Source of the DNA: a virus
Direction: 5' to 3' (one strand)
IMG/VR virus record: IMGVR_UViG_3300042503_002645
Coordinates: 55,045-119,044 of that record
DNA: 64,000 nucleotides
In this document: positions 57,243-64,000 of the stretch, in pieces
Layout: each line of letters opens with the position of its first letter
Numbering within the stretch: position 1 is the stretch's first letter
Translations under genes and position numbers: made by a program
Notes under the pieces: model-generated
Database searches by the model: none
Seen by the model: the letters and a program-made list of their open reading frames with translations, nothing else
What the model was told of the DNA's origin: nothing

Positions 57243-58243
57243 TGGACGAGGTCGCCAAGCTCAAAGATTCATTGACGCCTGATTTCTCAAATCCGCCGTC
57301 GATCCGAAAGAAACGTGCGCCCAAGCACGATTTCAAGGACGGCAACGGGCGGGTGTTCGCGCACCGCCACGATCACGGCGGCGGCTGGGTGGCGGACACG
57401 GCCTGGGTAGCGCCCACTGCAAAGGTCACCCGCAACGCACAGGTCTACGGTTTTGCACGCGTCGCGGACCAGTGCGAAATCACTGGCGCGTCGCGCGTCT
57501 ACGGTCGCGCGCGGCTGTTTGATCGTGTGCAGTTGCATCAGTGCGCCGAGGTTTCCGGTTGCGCCAAGGTGATGGATCGCAGCACCTTGTACGATGACGC
57601 GCAGGTCACCGACAACGCGCTGGTTTGCGGCAGCAGCTCGTTCACCCAGCGTGTGTACGTTGCCAACGACGCCTTGGTACACAACACGCGGATCGCCGGG
57701 CCGCCTAAGAACGGCCGTGCGATGATCCTCGACTCGGCGCGCGTATTGAACTGCGTAATTGAGGGCCACACGCGGGTTGAAAACGCATCGCTGTGCGAAA
57801 ACACGGGGCTGCGCAACGCGCGCGTGCACCTGACGGCGCGGCTCGTCCATAGTAATTTGCACGGCAACCTTTCTGCGCGCTATTACCTGTACGCGCATGG
57901 TAGCCTGGAGTTAAACCCCGGCGAGCCAACGCTCGAGTCGCAGGTCGTATCGTTTAGCGGCGCGGCATATCGAAGCGCGTATTTTGGCCACCCCGCCGTC
58001 ATTGGTCCAAACGTCCATCTGTTCCATTCCACTTTTCGGCTCGATGGCGAAGAGGTGAATGACTACTTCGCTGCGCTGAACTACAGGTTTGTGGACGTCA
58101 ACGCGTATAACCTGGACGCAATCCGCAGGCTTGTCGAGGGGCCACAGCCGCAGCTGGTCGCTGTTCCGGTACCGCCGTCGCGTCCCGCCAGTTTCGATTC
58201 TGTGGGTCAACGCCGCATCATGCGGATGGAGGAAACCTCGTGA
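57242..58243 (+). CDS. Left-handed beta-helix (hexapeptide repeat) protein
   Basis: 'GGWVADTAWVAPTAKVTRNAQVYGFARV...ARLFD..AQVTDNALV'. Confidence 0.7.
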   Translation: MDEVAKLKDSLTPDFSNPPSIRKKRAPKHDFKDGNGRVFAHRHDHGGGWVADTAWVAPTAKVTRNAQVYGFARVADQCEITGASRVYGRARLFDRVQLHQCAEVSGCAKVMDRSTLYDDAQVTDNALVCGSSSFTQRVYVANDALVHNTRIAGPPKNGRAMILDSARVLNCVIEGHTRVENASLCENTGLRNARVHLTARLVHSNLHGNLSARYYLYAHGSLELNPGEPTLESQVVSFSGAAYRSAYFGHPAVIGPNVHLFHSTFRLDGEEVNDYFAALNYRFVDVNAYNLDAIRRLVEGPQPQLVAVPVPPSRPASFDSVGQRRIMRMEETS

Positions 58244-58512
58244 ACATCTACGTGCGCCCCGACGGCAATGCTCAGTGCATCTACGACGAGGCTATCGATC
58301 TAGACCAGGTGGGCGCCGTGGCCATTCGCCGCGCGTCCCACGTCGAGCCCGCGGCCAACGGACCGGGTTGGACAGCTGACCTGTCGCCCGTGGGTGGGCC
58401 GGTGCTGGGTCCGTTTCCCAAGCGCAACGAGGCTCTCGCCGCCGAGATCGCGTGGCTGGAAGTGAACCTGGCCAACGGACCGGTTACGGTGCGTGAGGGT
58501 CCAAGTGAGTAG
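58240..58512 (+). CDS. Small conserved protein ('RRASHVEP...W.ADLSPVGGPVLGPF..R.EAL.AE..WL')
   Basis: GGAGG SD; a motif I recall next to DUF1257/DUF2997/AAA clusters. Confidence 0.7.
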   Translation: MNIYVRPDGNAQCIYDEAIDLDQVGAVAIRRASHVEPAANGPGWTADLSPVGGPVLGPFPKRNEALAAEIAWLEVNLANGPVTVREGPSE

Positions 58513-58813
58513 CTGCGTGCCGTGGACAATCGAAGACATCGATGGGGACAACCCTCGCGGCGCGCCGGGCACGTTCGACTTCAACGTTTGGTACGAGTTG
58601 AATGCGCCGGAGTACGGCGCGCCGCAGATCGAGATTATCGGAGTCACCTGCACACGCGCAGAATTCAATGCAGCGCAAGACGAGCTAGTTGCCGCGCAAG
58701 ACAGAGAACAGCTGGCCGAGTGGTTTGATATCTATCTCAACACTCACCCTGATGAACTTGCGGCCATACAAGATCAAGCTCGCATCTTCTGCCATATCGA
58801 TCTTGTGAATTGA
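58505..58813 (+). CDS. Hypothetical acidic protein
   Basis: Overlapping GTG start; 102 aa. Confidence 0.5.
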   Translation: MSSCVPWTIEDIDGDNPRGAPGTFDFNVWYELNAPEYGAPQIEIIGVTCTRAEFNAAQDELVAAQDREQLAEWFDIYLNTHPDELAAIQDQARIFCHIDLVN

Positions 58814-59027
58814 GAGAAGCCTGGCAAGGCGCGTAAGTTAGTATCCAGCAACAGCGCGAGGTGGTTTGACGAAACACACCACTTGCGCTTATGCTTTCGA
58901 CCCGCGCAACACGTTTGCCCGGCAGTTTGATTTCTGGCACGCGATGGAAAGCGTGACCAGCGTTTGAGTGGCCGACGAACTACAGTACGTTCCGGCCAGG
59001 TTTTTGCGTTTCGCAAAGGAGTTTCTC

Positions 59028-59435
59028 ATGAAGTCGTTTTTCTTCGCCCTCGCCCTCTGCGCCCTCGTCTGCGGTTCGGCCTTCGCCGGTGAAACGGTGA
59101 GCGTCGTCAACCACGGCGCAGCCGAGAAGGCCGCACCAGTCGTGGCGGCACCTGCTCCGGCTCCGGCCGTAGTCGTGGCCCAGGCACCGGTCCAGGAGAT
59201 CGTGGTCGTCGACGCCCGCCAGCCGCGGCCGATCGTGATCGTCGACAACGGACCGCGGCGTTGCCTGAACGGCCGCTGCAGCACGACCACGCGGGCCAGC
59301 AGCACCTGCACCGGCCCGAACTGCCAGCAGTACAAGGTGCAGGAGACCGACACCGAAACCGCCCGTCGTCGCTGGCTCGGCGGCGGCTACGTGATCCGGA
59401 ACAACAACCGGACGGTCGTTAAGCCGACCCGTTGA
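59028..59435 (+). CDS. Secreted protein with a signal peptide
   Basis: AAGGAG SD; 'MKSFFFALALCALVCGSAFA|G', Ala/Pro/Val linker, two C-x4-C motifs. Confidence 0.7.
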   Translation: MKSFFFALALCALVCGSAFAGETVSVVNHGAAEKAAPVVAAPAPAPAVVVAQAPVQEIVVVDARQPRPIVIVDNGPRRCLNGRCSTTTRASSTCTGPNCQQYKVQETDTETARRRWLGGGYVIRNNNRTVVKPTR

Positions 59436-59462
59436 TCGTTACGGGTCTGACAAACTCTTCAC

Positions 59463-59502
59463 GGGGGCGCACGGGTATGTACCTGTGCGCCCCTTCTCTT
59501 TT
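59463..59502 (+). terminator. Intrinsic terminator
   Basis: ggggcgcacgggta-tg-tacctgtgcgcccc stem followed by a T-rich tract. Confidence 0.65.
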
Positions 59503-59528
59503 CCCCTCCCCGTTACACAAAGGACCTC

Positions 59529-61046
59529 ATGGCTCGACTGACCGCGCGACAGAAGAAAACCATCGTCAATGTCGTGAGCCGCTGGGCGCACACTATCAAC
59601 GGCACCGTTCCGGAAACAGTCGAACGAGTGCAGCAGATTCTTGCTCCTGTCTATCGCGGAACCGTGCACACCAGGTTTCGAAGGAGAAAGCGTTCCAGGC
59701 GCTTCGGTTCGTCGTGGGTGCGACAAAATTACAAACTCAAGCCCCCAAAGATCCATGTCGTGCATTCGCCGGTGGCTTTTCGAATCGCCGCAGGGGTGCT
59801 GCGTGGTCGAATCTCCAAAGCCGTAGCAACAGAGCTGTGCGCCGCGTTCAATATCGATCCGTCCTTCGTCGCGGGACTGCGGCGCGACGCGATGCTCGGC
59901 ACGCGGCAAGATACGCAAAACTGGTATCGCCAGGCCTCCACGCTCACGGAGATGTGGGACCACACCGTGCGAATGCCGATCCGCGGAGCGCTGGCCGCGT
60001 TGTTCGAGCCAAAAGAAGAGACAGCGGTGTCGCAGTCTGCGGCGCTCGCCGAGCGCGCACGGCGTTCTCGCCGCGGCAACGGTCAAAGCCGCGCAGATCG
60101 GGAGGCGGGCAAGTACCGCGAAATGTTTGAGGCGGAGTTTGCCGCCAAGGCCGTGCCCGCGTCGCGCGACGCGGACATTCGCAATCTGGCAAACAACCAC
60201 ATCTGGAACGTGACCAGATCACTCACGGTCGGCACAATCGGCGCCTTCTGGCAGGCCCCGGACACAGCAAACCTTGTTGCCCATCTGGTCAATGTGCCGA
60301 ACAGCAGTAGCGAAGTTCGAGCGTCGCACATCCGGATGGACGCCGCGGCGCTTGGCAGCAGCTGGGGAGTGAACTCCATCGACGGCGAAGTTCTTTCCGC
60401 GGCCATGAGCTTCGACAAGAAGCTGACCTGGCGCACTGAACTTCTGCACGCGGCCAGCGCCTGTATGACGTTCAAAACTCAAGCCCTTGTGCTGCTCGGG
60501 CGGCCGACGCTCGTCCAAAACAACAACGGCGAGTTGCACAACGACGAAGGCCCGGCCGTGGTTTATCTCGACGGCGCCAAGCAGTACTGGCTGGACGGGC
60601 ACGCGCTCGGCGCGCTGGGCCAAAAGATCGTCGAGGCGCCCGAGACGCTCACGATTGATGACATTTCCGGCGAACGCAACGAAGAGGTCAAGCGTCTCGC
60701 AATTGAGGCCTTCGGCTGGAGCCGATATCTGGACGCCGTTCAAGCCACCGTGCTCGACCGCCGCCAGAACGACGTGGACAACACGATCGAAGCGCTCGTT
60801 CGGATCCCCGAGCAGATTGAGCGCTGGGAATGGGACCACGCCGAACGCAAGAACGTGTCCCGCAAGACAACGATCTACACGCACAAGCTGGTATTGGCTT
60901 GTCGCAGCACAGCCCGGCAGTATTTCCTGAACGTGCCGGACGACATCGCCACCTGCGAAGCAGGCCAGAAATGGCTGCACGAAGGCGCGAACGACAACTC
61001 AATTGACGTGATGAACTATCCCGTGCGCCTGCTTGGCGCGTCCTGA
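59529..61046 (+). CDS. DUF6745-like domain protein
   Basis: 'GELHNDEGPAVVY.DG...YWLDG', 'I..ERNEEVKR..IE.FGW.RY', 'CRSTARQYFL.VP'. Confidence 0.7.
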   Translation: MARLTARQKKTIVNVVSRWAHTINGTVPETVERVQQILAPVYRGTVHTRFRRRKRSRRFGSSWVRQNYKLKPPKIHVVHSPVAFRIAAGVLRGRISKAVATELCAAFNIDPSFVAGLRRDAMLGTRQDTQNWYRQASTLTEMWDHTVRMPIRGALAALFEPKEETAVSQSAALAERARRSRRGNGQSRADREAGKYREMFEAEFAAKAVPASRDADIRNLANNHIWNVTRSLTVGTIGAFWQAPDTANLVAHLVNVPNSSSEVRASHIRMDAAALGSSWGVNSIDGEVLSAAMSFDKKLTWRTELLHAASACMTFKTQALVLLGRPTLVQNNNGELHNDEGPAVVYLDGAKQYWLDGHALGALGQKIVEAPETLTIDDISGERNEEVKRLAIEAFGWSRYLDAVQATVLDRRQNDVDNTIEALVRIPEQIERWEWDHAERKNVSRKTTIYTHKLVLACRSTARQYFLNVPDDIATCEAGQKWLHEGANDNSIDVMNYPVRLLGAS

Positions 61047-61070
61047 ACACCCAACCCAAGGAACACTTTC

Positions 61071-61628
61071 ATGCGCACCGCCACCCTCAAGGTTTCCGAG
61101 ACTCTCGCTCAGATTTCCGCGGCCGTCGAGGCCGTCAAGAACGACCAATTGCAGCACTTCAGCGCCGCCGCTGCTCCGGGCGACTCCCTGCGCCAGGGCG
61201 ACGTGGTCCTGCAGTTCCTCGGCGACGGCGCCGTCAACGTCCCGCCCCACATCTATCAAAAGCTCGACGAGCCCGTCCTCCAGCTCGCTCCGGGCAATTC
61301 GAAGGGCAGCCGCCACATCCTCGCCAGCGCCGACGGCGTCGAGATGTGGGCCCCTGTGCCCACGGACGAAGCCGTGCTCAAGTGCGTCTATGCCAAGCAC
61401 GGCAAGAAGGTCCCCAAGAACGTCCGCTCTTGGGAGCTGGACTTCACCGACGAACGTTCGGCTCTCGAGCGGGCCATGCTGATGGCCGGGCCGATCTTCA
61501 CGCTCCACAAGGAGAACGTCCTGACGCACCCGGAGCACGGTGACTGGGCGCTGCCCTGCGGGACGTATCGCGTCATCTTTCAGCGGACGCTCAACCAGCA
61601 GCAGCACATCGCGCGCGTCCTCGACTGA
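61071..61628 (+). CDS. Conserved partner of the DUF6745-like protein ('RQGDV...G...GSRH...HPEH..W.L..G.Y.V..QR')
   Basis: Recognisable motif; AAGGA SD. Confidence 0.7.
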   Translation: MRTATLKVSETLAQISAAVEAVKNDQLQHFSAAAAPGDSLRQGDVVLQFLGDGAVNVPPHIYQKLDEPVLQLAPGNSKGSRHILASADGVEMWAPVPTDEAVLKCVYAKHGKKVPKNVRSWELDFTDERSALERAMLMAGPIFTLHKENVLTHPEHGDWALPCGTYRVIFQRTLNQQQHIARVLD

Positions 61629-61646
61629 TCGATAGATATCTTTGGC

Positions 61647-61680
61647 GGAGCCGGGGCCCCGGTTTGCGGGCCCCGGCTCC
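61647..61680 (+). terminator. Strong GC hairpin
   Basis: ggagccggggccc...gggccccggctcc, 13-bp stem. Confidence 0.5.
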
Positions 61681-61721
61681 TCGGCCAGCCACCACACTAA
61701 CACACCACACTGGAGCCAACC

Positions 61722-62066
61722 ATGTCTCTCATGGATCTGCACGTCTACGTCAAATCCGCCAACGGGCAGACGCAGTTCACCATTCACAACTTCGAGCCGA
61801 CCGTGCGCGTGTCGGACGAAACACAGCATCCGGGCCCGGAATACAACTACATCACGCTGACGCATGGAAAGTATGCCGACCCGGTCACGACGACCGTGTT
61901 CATGAACTGCGCGGACGTGATCGCGATGTACGACAAGCTGACGCCCGTCGTCGCGCGATTTCGTGAACTCATGGCGGCAAAGCACTCTGCACCCGCCCCT
62001 GCCCTTGTCGCCCAGGAGACAACTGAATGCCCGACCGATTGCCCGACGTCACCCGCGTCCGTGTGA
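61722..62066 (+). CDS. Hypothetical protein
   Basis: GGAG SD. Confidence 0.6.
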   Translation: MSLMDLHVYVKSANGQTQFTIHNFEPTVRVSDETQHPGPEYNYITLTHGKYADPVTTTVFMNCADVIAMYDKLTPVVARFRELMAAKHSAPAPALVAQETTECPTDCPTSPASV

Positions 62067-62359
62067 GCGCTGACGACCTCAAAGATATCAATCCCGAGTC
62101 GGAACTCTACAAGCGCGCCAAGAGCGATCTTGACGAGTTTCCAGCGGGCGCCGCCTATCGGGAGTACGCGCGCGAGCGGCTCCAAGACGACGGCGAACTC
62201 GAGTTCGACTACGACGCTGTAGTCAGCCTCAGCGGCGAGCCCGGGGCGTACGTCATGGCTTGGGTCTGGATTGACGAGGAAGAGCTGCGCGAGGAAGGCT
62301 ACCTACCTGCCAACGACGCAGCCGAAAACGCGGAGGGCGCAGATGGCAGCGCGAGTTGA
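62027..62359 (+). CDS. Phage hypothetical protein ('GELEFD..AVVS.....GAYVMAWVW')
   Basis: AGGAG SD; phage motif. Confidence 0.65.
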   Translation: MPDRLPDVTRVRVSADDLKDINPESELYKRAKSDLDEFPAGAAYREYARERLQDDGELEFDYDAVVSLSGEPGAYVMAWVWIDEEELREEGYLPANDAAENAEGADGSAS

Positions 62360-62522
62360 CCGCGTGCAGGAATGGCTGAATCAGTTTCCGCCTAACTGGG
62401 AAATCGGCATTGATGATGGCGGGCTTGAGCTCGTTGTCACGGCGCCCGCGCGACAAATAACGGCCACTTACGAGCTGGGCGGCATGCCAGAAGAAAACCA
62501 AGAGGACACCGATGGCACGTAG
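62343..62522 (+). CDS. Small hypothetical protein
   Basis: GGAGG SD before ATG 62343. Confidence 0.5.
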   Translation: MAARVDRVQEWLNQFPPNWEIGIDDGGLELVVTAPARQITATYELGGMPEENQEDTDGT

Positions 62523-62889
62523 TGGCAACCGCAGCATCGAGGCTTACCGGTTTCCGACCAGTGAGCCGGACAAATTCATCGAAGTCAAAGTCGCCTATTC
62601 CGAAGGCGGCATCAACTGGCTCGGCGGCACCAATGACCGGGCCTACTACATGCACGTGACGCCGATCGAGATCGAGCAGTACCAAGGCGCGGAGATCAAG
62701 AAATTCATGATGTTTCGCGGCTGCAAATACCAGATGGAAGAGGCCAAGCGCTACAACGAGAAACGGATTCTCAATCTGGTCGAGCAGGTCCGGCAAGACT
62801 GCGAGGCACGAATGCCGCACATTATGCGGCTGGTCAATCACGTGCTGACAGAAGAAAACCTGACACTTCAGGAGGCGGTGGCGACATGA
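62512..62889 (+). CDS. Hypothetical protein
   Basis: GAGG SD; codon bias. Confidence 0.65.
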   Translation: MARSGNRSIEAYRFPTSEPDKFIEVKVAYSEGGINWLGGTNDRAYYMHVTPIEIEQYQGAEIKKFMMFRGCKYQMEEAKRYNEKRILNLVEQVRQDCEARMPHIMRLVNHVLTEENLTLQEAVAT

Positions 62890-63098
62890 ACGGCAGCGAG
62901 TTTCGCGTCGTGTGGCAGCAGTGCCCGCACGTCCAATATCCGCGTAACGTGATTTTTATCGAGGCGACGGACAAAGACGCCGCCGAGCGGATCGCGCGCG
63001 ACTACATCGAGCGCACGCACCGGATCACCTGGTTTTCAATCCACAGCTGCGAACTGTACGAGCGGCCCACCGGCGGCCGAGTCTTGGAGGCGCAATGA
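62886..63098 (+). CDS. Hypothetical protein
   Basis: ATGA coupling. Confidence 0.55.
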   Translation: MNGSEFRVVWQQCPHVQYPRNVIFIEATDKDAAERIARDYIERTHRITWFSIHSCELYERPTGGRVLEAQ

Positions 63099-63292
63099 CG
63101 CAATCTGTGCGCGAGTTTTGCAAAAAGTACGCAAGCCTGGCGGTCATGTATACGCCGACTGTGCTTTGCGCAACACAGTTGATTTCAGACCGGGAACTCT
63201 GGCTCATGCTCGGCGGCTCCATACTCGGTTGGATGTCAGCGCTGCTGCATGAGTGGTATCTAGCTTCAACGGAGACGTCGAATGACGGCTAA
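63095..63292 (+). CDS. Small membrane protein
   Basis: GGAGG SD; hydrophobic. Confidence 0.45.
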   Translation: MTQSVREFCKKYASLAVMYTPTVLCATQLISDRELWLMLGGSILGWMSALLHEWYLASTETSNDG

Positions 63293-63746
63293 GCTTGCCT
63301 ACATGATGCGCCACGGCGCCGAATTCGATCCCGCGCACATGCGCGAGATCATCTATGACCTGTTCGCGGGGTCGTTCGAAAACGACTGCGGCGCGGTTGA
63401 TCTGATCACGGACGCGCTCTCGACGGCTATCTTCCGGTACCGCTGCGCGACGGAAGACGAGCTAGACGTTTCCAAGGATTTCATCTCTGACTCGAAGCAG
63501 TCAGAGTCGTACTTCTGCGACTGCATGCGCAAAATCTTGCTCAAGCACGGGTTTTGCGAAGACATGCTGGAAGATTACGCCGTTTGGCCAGACTGTCTGT
63601 CAGTCGAGACGCGGTGGGAGAAGGAAGTGCTACGCGAGCTGGCGCTGATCCAAGCCGGACACGACCTGGTCGTACGAGACCAGCTCAAGCGCCTGTGGGC
63701 AGAAGAACAAGCCAAGGAGGCCGCGGAAAAAGCGGCGCAAGCATGA
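63282..63746 (+). CDS. Hypothetical protein
   Basis: GGAG SD; 154 aa. Confidence 0.6.
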   Translation: MTAKLAYMMRHGAEFDPAHMREIIYDLFAGSFENDCGAVDLITDALSTAIFRYRCATEDELDVSKDFISDSKQSESYFCDCMRKILLKHGFCEDMLEDYAVWPDCLSVETRWEKEVLRELALIQAGHDLVVRDQLKRLWAEEQAKEAAEKAAQA

Positions 63747-64000
63747 CAGCAGACGAGCAGGCACAACTGAGGACAGAACGCGTGACGCTTGAGATCACAA
63801 ACGAGCGTGGCTTCTTCCCGCAAGACATCGCTTTGCAGCTCGCGCTGGATGGCCTCCACGCGAAGGGATTGCACGTCCGCGTCGTCAGCGACGAAGAGCG
63901 GGAGGCGGAGTTGGCGAGTCTGCGGGACGCCAACGACAAACTGTGGAGAGACAAGTGCAGCCTGATCGAGAAACTGCGTCCGTTGAACGAGGCGATTCCG
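63743..64000 (+). CDS. Hypothetical protein, runs off the window end
   Basis: ATGA coupling; frame open to 64000. Confidence 0.5.
   Translation, partial: MTADEQAQLRTERVTLEITNERGFFPQDIALQLALDGLHAKGLHVRVVSDEEREAELASLRDANDKLWRDKCSLIEKLRPLNEAIP

Larger units (their letters stand above)
1650..62092. repeat. Dispersed palindromic 12-mer WWWGATATCWWW, 17 copies
   Basis: Starts at 1650, 6836, 12088, 17694, 20989, 27764, 28706, 33829, 37582, 40852, 42610, 44965, 49421, 55258, 58724, 61632 and 62081 (manual scan). Confidence 0.9.

Noticed and set aside
1-64000. Alternative genetic code or stop-codon reassignment
   Set aside because: Genes are full-length and tightly packed under the standard bacterial code, and TAA, TAG and TGA are all used as stops.

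Overview
A 64-kb segment of a large, GC-rich (roughly 64% by eye) tailed phage with a contractile-type tail. The host is probably in Planctomycetota, an inference from CsrA, the DUF1257/DUF2997/Ycf46-like AAA trio, two planctomycete-type small DNA-binding paralogs and a planctomycete-like secreted protein. Positions 1-31 kb are one + strand virion module: a tail chaperone pair with a candidate -1 frameshift, tape measure, hub, a sigma-70 family factor, gp25/J/I-like baseplate genes, fibre genes, five paralogous Cys-containing proteins, Cys/Pro repeat and poly-Ser/Cys-rich proteins, a GT9+GT2 glycosyltransferase and an Ig-like protein. Positions 31-64 kb hold CsrA, a Zn-finger primase-like protein, a pyrimidine-dimer glycosylase family gene, a DEDD exonuclease, GNAT and GIY-YIG genes, a GpA-type large terminase (- strand), a dATP/dGTP diphosphohydrolase, a tyrosine integrase with a divergent Xis-like HTH, and many small genes. 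The strongest unexplained signal is an AT-rich palindromic 12-mer, WWWGATATCWWW, present 17 times at a mean spacing of about 3.8 kb, mostly inside genes and in all three reading frames. A second candidate system is poly-serine, Cys-rich virion proteins next to an AAH/TibC-like glycosyltransferase. Product names come from motif recognition; no database searches were run.
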